A stretch of 64,000 bases of DNA from Takakia lepidozioides. Taxonomy: Eukaryota > Plantae > Bryophyta. A program made the position numbers and the translations under genes. How positions within the stretch are numbered: position 1 is the stretch's first letter; the number at the start of each line of letters is the position of its first letter. Where the stretch lies: the NCBI GenBank assembly GCA_030704615.1, contig CM060732.1:13144001-13208000 (forward strand), given 5' to 3'. The notes under the pieces were generated by a model. The model ran no database searches. It was given only the letters and a program-made list of their open reading frames with translations, and was not told the origin of the DNA. Shown here piece by piece: positions 51,716-64,000 of this stretch.

Positions 51716-52299
51716 GGAAGTGCTTATGTATTGGAGTTTCACTCTCATTCTATGGGACTCCATCTTTCTCTCCCACCTACTCTTTTGCATAGCATCTCCA
51801 TTGCATTGTCAACTCACTGAAACCATATTCCTCCACGGGACAAACAAATAACTTACTTGAGCAACACCTCAAGCACCCTCAAGCACCCTCGCTTGAGATA
51901 GTCTGGCCCGATGCCATTCATCAAAGTCACCCTTGGGGCAAACAATTTTTTGCCAATGTCAAGTCACTCCTTCGTAGGGGTGTTTGTTGGCCTGACAACC
52001 AGCTTCACCAAGTAATTCCCATCCTGTATGTCCACAAATATCACACTCACAAACGCATGATGATGGAGAGTGGACACCTCTCTCGAAAGTCCGCATGTTA
52101 TTGAACCCATCCTTTAGCTCCGCCATCTCCACATGATATTTACAACAACAAACATTACGAGATCCTTTAGACGTTTGACAAAGAAGGCCTTCAACAACTC
52201 AAATGATCGTTGACCCACTTTGACTTTGGGATGTACAGCTTTGAAACGAAGAAAGTAAGCAGCCTGCATTACACCACAACATACACGAAGACAACCAAT

Positions 52300-52555
52300 T
52301 CCTAGTAGTCCTAGTCATTTCTAGTCACATTTGAAGGAGCGAGTACATATATTAATTAGCCTAGTCCTAGTCCTTTCTAGTCCCATTTGAAGGAGTACAT
52401 GTACTAATCAATCCTAGTCCTAGTCTTCTCTAGTCACATTTCAAGGAGTACAAGAACTACTCAGTCCTAGTCATAGTCCTTCCTAGTTACATTACAAGGA
52501 TTACATGCTTCTCAGTCGTAGTCTTGGTCCATCTTGGTCACATTACAAGGAGTGT
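52300..52555. repeat. Minisatellite, ~5 units of ~50-56 bp
   Basis: Unit CCTAGTCCTAGTCCTTTCTAGTCACATTTGAAGGAG. Confidence 0.8.
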
Positions 52556-52659
52556 TAGTCCATGAAGAGGAGGGATGTATAAGACAGTCCAAACTTAGAA
52601 CATGAAATGGATATACTGTCTAGAATATTGAATGCAATGTACATCAGACCTTCTTTCTT

Positions 52660-55650
52660 GGATAGACGGTACCAGCAACAGTTCAACACTTGGCCCCGTC
52701 GATTATGACACCTTAACTTTGGAATGATCAAGAAAATGGCTACGGATGATATAGTTGAGGGTCTTAAGATAAATAGCCAACAATCAGAGGAGAGTTTCTG
52801 CGAGGGATGTGCCTATGGAAAGAATCGTAGACATCAGTTTCCAGTAAATGAAGTGAGAGAAAGAGCGAGCAAGCTAGGAAGAATTGTACACATATATGTG
52901 TGTGGTCCGATGAGTGTCAACAGCCTAAGAGGAGCACGTTATTTTGTCCTGTTTAAGGACGACTGTACTGCCTATAGAATCGCTTACTCTGTCAGAAATA
53001 AATTGGACACTTTCGCCTTAATAAAATGCCGTCTTGGAGAGCAATAATCAAACCATTATGGAAAGCGTACGAAGCATGTTACATTCTAATCAGTTGTAAC
53101 TAAAGTTTTGGGGTGAAGCTTTGCAGACAGCCATCCATGTTCTGAAATCGCACATCAACTCGAGTTCTTGATTGGATCACACCATATAAGGCGTGGACTG
53201 ACAAGCGTCCATCTGCGCGCGGTTCACTTTCAAATTTTTGGTTGTGCTGCCTAGCTATGTGCACATTCCAAAAACTTTACATTCAAAACTAGATGCTAAA
53301 TGCAAGAGATGCATATTTGTTGGTTACAATGACGTCAGCAAAGCATATCGCCTTTGAGATGCAGCCTCCAAGATTGTTGTGAGCATGGATGTATTGTTTG
53401 ACGAATACTGCAACGACACTGTAGAGCTGCAACTAGCTCACCTACAGATTGAGCATGTAGCACCAATTTCAGGTAGTCTGAACTCAACGATGTGCTGTTT
53501 GATGAACAAAATCAGCACTGCTGAACAAAGTCTAGCTCATAGACAGAGCCTGTAGCACCAAGTTCAGATGTACAGCTCTCTACATTCACAGAGATTTATA
53601 ACTTGTGTCTATACAAACTGAAAATGCAATTCCTCCCCAAATTGTTCAGCTGATTGCTGCACCGATCCATGAACATGCACCTTCTCAGGGAGAAGAGATT
53701 GATCAGGAGTTTCGAAGATAGCCACAAAGATCATATAATCCAACAATTCATTATGGAGATTGGATATATCCATCAGCCTAAAAAAGAGATCGATCGGCAG
53801 CATGTCATGCAGTTGAGTCAAACATTGAATAACCAAAAGACTACCAAACGGCCATGGAATCTAGTCAACGAACAGAATGGACACATGCTATGAAAGAAGA
53901 ATTTGCGTCACTCATGTAGAACAAGACTTGGTTCCGTGCTAATCTTCCCAAGGGGAGAAATGCCATACATCCTAAATGGGTTTCCAAGATCAAAACTAAG
54001 GCAGATGATACCATTGAGTGATTCAAGGCTCGGCTTGTAGCAAAGGGATTCTCCCAAAAAATATGGGATTGACTACGATAGAACTTTTTCACCTGTGGTG
54101 AAATTTGACTCTATTTGAACTGTACTCTCCATTGCTGCTGCGGACAACTTAGAAATTGCACAATTTGATATAAAGACAATTTTCTTGTATGACGATTTGG
54201 CAGAGGAGATCTACATGCAATAGCCGCAAGGGTTTGAGGATACACAACATGCGCATCAAGTTTACAGACTTCAGAAAACCCTTTATAACTTCGTCAAGCA
54301 TCTCGTGTTTGGAACAACACGTTTGATGATTTTCTGGTAACACACAATCTCACTCCAATAGCTGCAGATCCGTGTGTGTATATGTAAGCACGAGAGAGCT
54401 TAAACTCATTGTTACGATTCTTGTTGATAATGGCCTCGCTTGCTATGCTGATAGACGCCGGATTGATCACATGATCATCAAGTCCATGAATCAAGTATCT
54501 ACAGCTAAGCTGCAATAGATGTGTGTCGGATTACACATTACTCGGATCTGGGAGCATCGCATCATGTACATCAATCAATCCAAGAGAAAATCGTTGTCAA
54601 GTATGGATTTGAAAATGTAAATCCATTATCTACATCTGTTGATCTACACACTCAGCTAAGCATATCTGGAGGATAGGAGGATGCGTTTACCACTTTCTCT
54701 TATCAATAGATTGTGGATAGTCTTATGTTTGCAAGTCTTGGGACGAGGCCAAATATTTCTTACGCTGTCAGCAATGCTGCAAAGTTTTGTGCAAACCCAA
54801 ATTGTAACCACTGTGCAGCAGTCAAACGCATCATGAGATATTTGAAACCCCTCATTTGGGACTCACAGTGGCAATAAGAGGCGGCCACACAGTCTAATCG
54901 CGTTTTGTGACGCTGATTTTGCATGTGATATGGATGATAGGAAATGCAGAAGTGGCTGCGTCCTGATGTTTAACAATGGACAAATTGTGTGGGGAAGCAG
55001 CAAACAACAATGTACTGCCACATCCACGACCGAGTAAGAATACATAATTGCTCATGTTGCCACGAAGGAAATTGTGTGGACACGCAACCTGATCAAAAAA
55101 CTTGGTTCTCAACCTACACCTTTCTTCAGCGATAATCGAAATGCGATCAGTCTGGGTCCACAATCCCGCTTTTCACAAACGCATAAAACATATCGGTGTT
55201 CAATATCATGTAATATGTGAGCATCAGCAGAAAGGTGACATTGACATTTTTTATGTTTCTACTGAAGGCCAGCTGGCTGACAACCTCACGAAACCACTCA
55301 CGCTTGAGAAGTTCAATTGCTGTCAAAGCCTTCTTGGGATGGTTAATGCCACTTACCATTGAGTGGGAGATTTGAGAAGATACAATGTCCACTCGAATGG
55401 GAGTATTGAAAATATTCATTTGTCATGATCGATTGGAATGACTTGTTCCAATCTAGAGGAGCTGGCAATGGCGGTTGACAAGTTTCCCGCTTCAGTCAAA
55501 TTCAAAAGTACATTTCGGAATGATTTTATTTATCTGCTGCTTCCCGCGGCTATGTTAGATTTAGAGCATTCTTTGTTATAGGATGAAAATACAAGAGTGA
55601 AGATGGACACTTAATATCTTGGCTCAATAAGTGCAGATCTGTAACATGTT
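52660..55650 (+). mobile_element. Ty1/copia retrotransposon, degenerate and 5'-truncated
   Basis: GAG-pre-integrase/INT FCEGCAYGK...VCGPM...YFVLFKDD; RT FKARLVAKGFSQ and QFDIKTIFL; RNase H FCDADFA and HKRIKHIGVQYH; PPT GAATGGGAG at ~55395; INT-RT-RH order. Confidence 0.9.
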
Positions 55651-55949
55651 ATAAGAGTGAACATACGAAATTGTATCGAGCATAATGACCATTATGTCTA
55701 TTGAATGCATAGTAGCCTTGTAAGGAAATAGGTGTGAGTCCTGTTTTCTTGGCTGTTAGATGTTGCAGGTTTCAATAAAAACTTCCCGTTTTGTGGAGTT
55801 TGCGAGCCCCGCCTAATCAGATAAGATAACTTGTAGTGCATTTTTAAACATGGGAAGGGGAAGAGAGAAGCAAATAATGGGCACGAGGGCCATCCGGTGA
55901 GCACGTAAAGGAGCTCTCATAAGTCTCTTATGCTCAACACCTGGAAGAG

Positions 55950-58900
55950 AACTGGTAAGCTTACTAATAATAATATAACTAATTGTGCTTGGCAGCTGTT
56001 GAGTCCAGCTGTTGAGGCCAATGCCAGTAGTGGAGATTCGGTGACATCAACTCCCCTTGGAATGTTAGTCAATGTGTCTTCTCAAGCTTGGTGATGAATT
56101 TTCCAGTCACTAACACTCATCTGAAGTCAGCGTGAGTATACATCTTGAGATAGAGGCTCAAATCAGGCTCAAATCAAGATTGCAAAGGCGCGACTCTTTC
56201 GGAATGGAGAGGATTGTTCAAGAGGAACATATATTTAGGTTGAAGAGCCCAGTAAACTCTGATCTCACTCACGTACATATGAAATTTCTGATTGACATAT
56301 CCACCTCCACCGTAAAGAAGACCTTTCAAAGATGAAAGCAAATGTACCACTATAATATATTGAGTCAAAAACTTAGAAGGAGCAATCTAGAAAGAGGAAG
56401 AAAACCAGAACGGGCCAGAGAGAATGACGTCCAATAACTTAACCAGCCAGAACCAACCAAAGTACAGTACAACTCCCCTACATGTTTTCTCTAACAGTTA
56501 TCCGCTGACCAGCCGTTATAGTTCCCCTACTGACTTCAACAATTCCCCATTGACAGTGCAGACCAGCGTGCTTGAGTTTCTCTCACGCAAGAAACAGCGT
56601 AACGACTGAGACATCGAGGAAAGCTTGGCTGACGAAGTGTGTTTTCATCATTTCGAATAGACCAAATGAGGACCAAATGCTGAAATGGCATATCTAGGTA
56701 CAGGAAACAATTGCTATTTTCTACATCAAAATGAGACGCAAAAGTATATCCTTTATGGCGACGCACCAAGAAGCCACATCTCAGAGACCGATAGAAGGAG
56801 ATATAACCCCAGAACAACCTCAGTGATTCAAAGGAGAACATGCTAAAATGCAACAAGGAGAGAAAAAATCGAATTGAGGAAAGTGTAGAAGGGAGGAGTA
56901 TTGAAGACCAACGCGCATTGAAAACCTCTGTCAACCCGCTCTTGACCCGCTCTTTACGCTATTAAAAGGGCGAAGGCATCTTTCGGCTAACCTAGTCCAA
57001 CCCTCGGGACTAACAAGCCGGGGTAGTACAACTTGAGGAAGGAAGGCAGAGAACTTCGTACTAAACTGAATGTATACAGAATAACCAACCCGCTATAGAG
57101 AAGGCAGCATCCTTAGTGCTTAACAAGAAGAAAAACCTCATGACATGGAACAATCACCCCAGGACTCAAACAATAAAACAAAGAGGTTAGGCTGACTTTC
57201 TCTGCAAAGAACTCCCTTGAAGGGCAAAATCGCTCGAGTCAATACAACATAACTGTCGACCTCTATACTTGGCCTGCATATAAATATGTTTGTGAAAAGT
57301 AGAGGTCGCGTATAGACATATCACAGAAAACATATTACAGTTGAATGTGGCATCTTCGAAAACCGATGATCAAAAGCAGAGTATAGAACGAAAGTAGCCT
57401 GTAAAGAGAAGCTTGCAAGTGACAGCTGATCGACCGCTGCTTGGACGCTGTACCCGGAAATATATGTCTGTGAGCCTCCTAAGCTTTGAACTCACATTGA
57501 CCACAAATACTTCAAGGACGAGATTGAGGCATCCAAGGTGAAGAAGGGATTTCACAGAAGAAAACAAAGGCACTAATACTGTCAAGCATCAAATCATACA
57601 GAAGAAGAAACCATTTAAAACAGAAGGGAACGAGAAAGAACACTGCCTGAGCATAACTTAGAGAGTCAACATAAGAGTAAAAGAGAGGAAGACCTTAAAC
57701 ATCAAATCTTGGTAAACTAGTAGCCACTACTGGAGAAACGACCCGAGGACTCGTTGAAAATCGTAGAGAGGAGAAACAGCCGAGACGCTCAAAAAGTTTC
57801 ATGGACGTACGAGAGCTTCTCCCATGGCGTCTATCTTCAGCATTACAATGCTTTGAGACTTGGCCAGTGTGTTCAATGTACCCTCTATCCCATCGTAATA
57901 TGAGATCAATCGAAATTCCCCAAAACCCGCTCACTTGTTATTCATTTGAGTTTGGAGAAGCCTGTGTGTAAAGTCCACTTCCACAGAGCCATAATGACCA
58001 TATCAGGCGGCCCCAGAGCTGGATCACCGTCGCAGAAACTCCGCTCCCCGTGAAGGACGAACTGGTAAGAGCAGCAGTGATGTATGGGGAACACGTCCTT
58101 ATATGCTGGATAGCCTGTAACACATAGGCAAGGGGTCTACTAGATCTATTTATAATCACCCGCCGGAAGTGAAGGGACAAAGAGCGAGGTTGAGAGAGTA
58201 AGATCTGAGAAAACTAGAGGACACTAAAGCGACAAGAGGGAGAATAGAGAATTCTGCAGCTCGTCAACTCGGAGCTCATTTCGAACATGCTTATGATCAA
58301 AGTTCAAGTATCTGATCTAAGAAAATAGAAAACCGCGAGCCGTTCAGCAACGGTGCTGTGTAACCGACGATTAGAGAAGACAGCCTCCAAGCTCCTACTG
58401 CCTCGAAGGCTCGGCCCATGGCTTCAAAAGTACAGGGTTACACGAAGCTGCAGCCCTTATTAGAGTCGGAGAACACCTCTGTTCACTCTGCTGTCCTATT
58501 GAACAAGTAGACAGAGGAATCTACTGCCCTTGAAACCATATCATTCGAAAAAAGTTGGAGCAGAACAGGTCGTGCGAAGAAAAAGTTTCAGATAGAGCCA
58601 TGACCAGTCACGGACACTCCTCCCTGGCTGCATGAAAGATTGTTGCAGACACAGCTCCATCGCGAGTCATGGATCCGTTTCAATCCAACATGGACATCTG
58701 GGATGCAATGCAGGTCCAATCTTCACGTGACCAGAATCGAAAGATAAAGAATGACAAGCCAGATGGCCCATGCAGGGGGGTTGGTGTAAGGAAGGAGCTC
58801 CCTATATTTGCCAAGCCGACAGGGAGGGGACCCACGGCCCTTTGGTGGGAAGAAAGGCTGAGGTCCAGCTAGGAAGATGAGCCGAGAGAGACAACGAGAG

Positions 58901-59280
58901 ACTGGAGTCCCTCACTGGGAGTCACCTCCGTCGCAACTGTCGGTGATACAGTTGTACATCGACCCACTGCGCCAGATCTCAGCCACGTGCTGCGCCAACA
59001 CTGGACTGCGCCAGCCGCCCCGAAGATTCGTTGCACGTTCCGCACCGCCACGTGCTCCGCGCGTAACGCCTATCCTGGCAAATGTAGAAAGCCACCTGGC
59101 AGCTGTACGAGGTGCAAGGTTATTTGGTTTGGATACTTCCATATATCTTGCTCTTCTAGTGGCCAGAGAACTCCAGTAATTATCCGGAAATGCTCATGCT
59201 TTACACTTTTTACTTTCATCATTGTCGCTGCGCTCGTGTTCGATTCCAAGCCACCCTCCACCACAAAATCTCCTGACATC
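55950..59280 (-). mobile_element. Highly degenerate L1 LINE (ORF1 + endonuclease remnant)
   Basis: ORF1-like LPGGFL, a decayed zinc knuckle (…FHAAREECP) near 58620, and endonuclease-like remnants at ~57850-57980; many stops. Confidence 0.45.
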
Positions 59281-59370
59281 TAATATATATATATATTTGT
59301 TTCTTTTACAAATACAATCCAGTAAGTCGCCAACCTATCCGAGCCCGTAAATAAAAATAAAAATAATACA

Positions 59371-59586
59371 GCCGGGAGCTCAGTTGGAGTGCATATTGTG
59401 TCACCCCACTGGTTTGGGGCTCAAATCCTGCTGCCTTGTCTCGTGTTCCGTGGTTTCGTCTGGAGATGCTATCCCTTGCAGGTCTGGCGGCTTATTTGAA
59501 AGGGTGTGAAATTTCTTCCCCTCCTTGTGTGTGGTAAGGGCCTGAATTGTGAGCAGTCGCTCCCAGGTTTCCTTCAAAGAAAGAAA
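59371..59586 (+). mobile_element. tRNA-derived SINE with LINE-shared 3' tail
   Basis: A-box GGGAGCTCAGTTGG, B-box GGCTCAAATCC, tail GGGCCTGAATTGTGAGCAGTCGCTCCCAGGTTTCC followed by an A-rich run. Confidence 0.75.
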
Positions 59587-60441
59587 AGGAGATGTGAAAA
59601 GCTAGAGTAACCCAATTGGAGGTAGCAGCAGGAGTACAAGAGTTCGTTAAGTTGTACACATGGGAGTAGATGCTGCTGCATTTATTGAAGATCCACAGTG
59701 TGTGCCGTGTTCAAACTTCAAACAAACATTCACTTGGCTCACCTCCTTTTCATTTTTTTTGTTCCCACTATGTAAACAAGCTTTACAAGTTTTTTTTTGG
59801 TGAAGAAGAGATTAGGTAGTATATGAGGTCACCAGAGAAAGAGTAAACTTATGTAACTTATGGTGTCCCTGCACCGGGGGTTGGTATGGTGAGTGCACAT
59901 GATAAAAAAATTAAAAGCCTGCGGGAGCACAATCCACTGTCAGGTTTTTAGGGCTAATGTGTTTGCGATGGGTCAATAGTGTCAGTTATCTATATGTACG
60001 AAATAGAAACTTTACTTGGAATTATTGGAATGAAAAAAAGTTAAAATCCTCAAGCAAGGACATTCCATAAAATAATAATGAAATAATGCTTTTAATATTA
60101 TAATATTATAAACAACAACGACATTACTATCACTCAAATATATACTCGAAAAATTATATATATCAAACATATGGCATCTGCTAGAGATTAAGGAGGGTTT
60201 TGTTGGTGGAAAAAAAAGATGTAATGGATTTTGGGGGCCGATTCTGCCATTTTTCAGGCTTCTTATATTGCAGAATATTTCTTTTTTAGTCCCTTTTTGT
60301 TAAGAGCCCTGCCATAGTAAGTGCAGAATCGGCCCTAGAAGTGCAAAATATGCCCCTGGATGATTCACCAACAATTATTATTGAAGTTCCTGCATTGTTT
60401 GCATTAAATTGAACTGTCTCAAAAATCAAATCGAATGAGTG

Positions 60442-62576
60442 TCATCTAATCAATAGCTGCCAAATTTTCTTCAGACTCCCAGAATTCTTCATCACTTGAG
60501 AGCTTGCACCACTTGGAGAAACCAAAACACCTTGTCTCGTCTTGGGCAAATCATTCACAGGAATTATTGTGTCATTTGATCCGCCTTCTGCATCCACCAA
60601 ATGATCACTAGAAACCAGAAGAGCATTGCAATTTGCAGAATCTACTAATGTTTTTCCCTTATCCTTCCGAGCTTCTGCGGCTAATTTTTGTTCATATTCC
60701 ATTGCTGCACTCCAGCTAACATCACTGCCAGTTCCTGGCTCACGAGAAACTATATTTTGTAGAACCCTCTGCATTAATTCGTCATTCTCCCTGTCATACC
60801 TCATGTACCTTTCCAATGTGAGCAGGTACACCCAATGAGTTCAGGCGAGTCACACATGTTACACGAGCACTTTTATTGGAGAAAAACCTTTCTCACAACG
60901 AGGCAATTGTTGCACTAGTTGACCAAGCCCTTTGGCAACAGTTTTTAAACCGACGCGCGCTTTAGAGTACCACTGCAAGCACCCGATTGATATAATCACC
61001 ATCACATTAACTAATAGATATTAGCTACCACAAAATTTTGCCACATTAGGTACTTAGATTGAATCTGATATAAGCATACTAGATACAAGAATCTTATTAG
61101 CAAGAGCAAATCAAGCGAGCCAAAAGAAATGACATACCACATCAAGCTTGCGTGCATTGCCATCAATGGCACGGAGAAAAAGTAGATGCGGACCTGGCTC
61201 GGTATCAGTCCACTTTGGACGATGATCGTATAAGGATCGGAAAGTCTCATATACATCTGTGATTGACGATCTGACATGTTTTCTTAATCTCTCAGGTTGA
61301 CAGTGGGCTAGATCCACCTTATGGTTTTTTGATTGCCTCTCATCAAACTGAACAAATTTCCTCCTATCACATAACACACCAAAACTGAAGTCACAATCGA
61401 GCAGATTATATAGCTCTGAATGAGCCCGTACACCAAAATTTCTTTGACAAAAGAAAGCCGCTCTCAGTTGACACCGCATGGAGTGTCTCGTTGCATTTCA
61501 GGAAGCAATAGTAATGTTGTCTCGGCATCAGCCGTAAGGGCATTCGCCACGCGCCTCTTACGGCCAATTCCAACCTTTGTAGATCCTTGCACTGTTGTTC
61601 GACAAGACACTCTTACCTTCAGAAATCAGCAATCATAGAGAATATTGAACTTTTCTACATGCTGGCCTGTTGCGATGGATGCCTCAACTAACTCGCACAA
61701 ATAACTCGACCAATAGCCCGCAATAAACAGACGAGCCTGCACACAGTCAAGAGAAAAAATATAATCTGCAAGAGAGAAGACGTTCAAGAAAGAGAGAGTG
61801 AAAGAGAGAACTAGAAATTAGTCAAGAAAGAACTATAAATTATGCTCAATGGTAAAGAGAGAGAGAGCTAGAAATTACACTCACGTTTCCCCTGGATAAG
61901 GCTTTACATCTCGTTTTTGCACTTACAAGAAGAATGTACTTAGCAAGTTGCAAAGTTCCATAACATCCGTTCGAAACATCTCTGAAATGGAGAGATATGT
62001 GTTGAAATATGTGACACCTTCCGCCAGCAATCAAACTTGTTGCACACCCACTTGTCCATCTCTTTAGATTTTCTTTCCCCGCCCTTAGCGACTAGTTGCA
62101 CCTCACGTGCATCAAGCTCTCTGAAGCCTCGCCCAAGAATTTCAATATCTTCTCCACTAAGACCCCCGGACGGATTCTCCTCGCCGCTGCGCTCTCTCTC
62201 ATGAACATCAAGAAATGACTCTGCAGGCCGTAATACATCTTGCACAAACTCATCGTAACTCTCTAAGAATGGAGTCGAAATTCGGGTAATCGTCATCTCA
62301 ATTAGAAAGACCTGACACATGAATATCAGAAGACTGTAGATCCCTTTCAACAACGTCAACATTCGGCGCAATAGCTTCTGTGACAATGGTAACTGGCTCA
62401 AGGTCACGGTGGACTTTAGGCGCAATTAGTTCCAAGACAGATGAATCAATGACTCCTGCTGCGTGATTGACACATTGCACCACCACTGCATTCAATGCGC
62501 ATTGTACACTCCATTCAATTGGAACTAGTTGCGGAGTGCAATTTGTAATCTCACGAAAAGCTTCTCGATCTGACAT
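60442..62576 (-). pseudogene. Crypton-like tyrosine recombinase (DUF3504-type), spliced and degenerate
   Basis: KSKEMDKWVCNKFDCWR; LCNLLSTFFL*VQKRDVKPYPGET|LVCLLRAIGR; GIGRKRRVANALT; FFCQRNFGVRAHSELYNL..DF; FVQFDERQSKN; LFLR...|WYSKARVG; SNKSARVTCVTRLNSLGVP; RYMRYD. GT-AG introns at 61884-61737 and 61137-60973. Confidence 0.8.
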
Positions 62577-62772
62577 GATAGAAACAACAACACAAAGGTA
62601 GATGTAATGATAGACACGGTGACAACGGTGGCCACGGCGGCCGTCGACCATGTACGTTGGAACGAGAACAGACAAGCACTACAGACAGAGTACATGAGCA
62701 AAATGAAGGGGTAAAAAGGGTGGGGCCTAGGGAGAGCCCTATTTATAGGTAGAATCGGTCCTCAAATTCCAT

Positions 62773-62904
62773 TGTACTAGTGAAGGCGCCCCCTAGGGCG
62801 CGTTCTGCACCCTAGTGCGCCATTATGGCTCGGCCCTACCGGGCCTCGCCACAAAGGCTTACTAGGGTGCAAAACACGCCCTAGGGGGCGCCTTCACTAG
62901 TACA
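62773..62904. repeat. 45-bp-arm palindrome at the putative Crypton terminus
   Basis: TGTACTAGTGAAGGCGCCCCCTAGGGCGCGTTCTGCACCCTAGTG vs 62860-62904 (42/45 inverted match). Confidence 0.9.
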
Positions 62905-63520
62905 TAGGATTCGAGTTGAATGCGCACATGTGGGCCCGTGGTCAAATCCCACCCTTTCCAGTCTGATGCTCCTTGCCCCTCCTAGGGCCTAGCCCCTTCC
63001 TCCCGCTGCGTCGCTCCTTTGTTCCCCGCTCCCCTATCTGGTGAGTTTACGCTCCTTTGTTATTGCTCCCCGCTCCCTTGTGTTACTGCTTTCTTGTTAT
63101 GGCTCCCCCACTCCCATGTTATCGGACTTCTACTCCTATTCCCTCTTTCCGGGGGAGTGAGTTTATGCTCCCTTGTATTATTGCTCCCCCACAACCCTGT
63201 TCTCGGACTTCTATTCCTTCTTTCAGGGAGACAATAGCAGGCGAGCGGGAATAATAACAAGACAACAATGTAACAAGGCGTGACATACACGTAGGGCCTG
63301 CCATTTACATACGTAAGACATAAATTTGGAATTTATATATTACCTCTGACTGGTTAACATTTTCTTAAAAGGGTTGGATGAAGGATAAATTGATTTTTTT
63401 TTAAATTATTGGTAAGAGAATGAGTATAATTGTTTTAATTCAAAAATCTAGCAACAATGCCATAGCTATAATGCAGCATCGGATTAATCTTTTGTTGGAT
63501 GAATAAAACGATTAACATGG

Positions 63521-63754
63521 TTAGGAAGTTTGAAAGCAATCTATAGCTGGTTGCGTATGGAGATCCAACTTTTTCTTTAAATGACACATTGTATTTTGTC
63601 GCAGAAGCACAAAAGATTGTTTGTAATTCAAAAGAAAAGCCATTGAATCAAAGAGACAATCTCCGGCAACATAAGTATAGTCATGTTGTCGAACCAACCC
63701 TTCTTTTGACAACTCTGTATTAATGTCCCCGCACTTGAAATTGGTTTTATACAT
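63521..63754 (-). pseudogene. OTU-like cysteine protease fragment, probably TE-borne
   Basis: YVAGDCLFDSMAFLL...LLR resembles the OTU catalytic motif GDGNCLF.AL....LR; no His box seen before the stop. Confidence 0.45.
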
Positions 63755-64000
63755 GAGACTGTCTTGTTGTGAAAGTCGAGATTATGGGCTCGAAATAACC
63801 CCCATGATTCGATCTGTCTTCAAAGACCATTTGGAATGGAGGACGTTTGAACTGTTCATCACATTTAATCATGATTCTTGCACTCGTTCAAGACCAAACA
63901 AATATCGAACAAGAAAGATAATCGGACAACAAAAAATAAGCTGTGAAATCTCCCCACAATCCTCCATTGGTCGCACTTTTAGACATTTTTTCAATGTATC

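Overview
Eukaryotic, non-seed land-plant-like nuclear DNA (spliceosomal introns, plant tRNA-Met with intron, PLS-type PPR fragments); the species cannot be fixed from sequence alone. Three intact spliced genes: a conserved uncharacterised protein (2488-4218, +), a 12-exon LRR-RLK subfamily II (NIK/SERK-like) kinase (6909-15428, -) and an F-box/kelch protein (26303-27963, +). There is also one intron-containing elongator tRNA-Met (48378-48462). The rest is mostly transposon-derived. Main observations: (1) a three-level nest in which a TTAA-flanked piggyBac-like element holds a Ty3/gypsy retrotransposon whose 5' LTR is split by a non-autonomous CACTA element carrying tandemly amplified PPR-repeat and RCC1 gene fragments; (2) an intron-containing Crypton-like (DUF3504-type) tyrosine-recombinase element with palindromic ends; (3) a ~35-50 nt structured motif shared by three otherwise dissimilar LTR-like ends; (4) a hairpin satellite with higher-order periodicity inside a foldback structure; (5) a pile-up of same-orientation retroelement 3' ends in introns of the kinase gene. 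Degenerate copia, L1, SINE and hAT-MITE sequences fill the remainder. All family assignments come from motif recognition by eye; no database searches were run.
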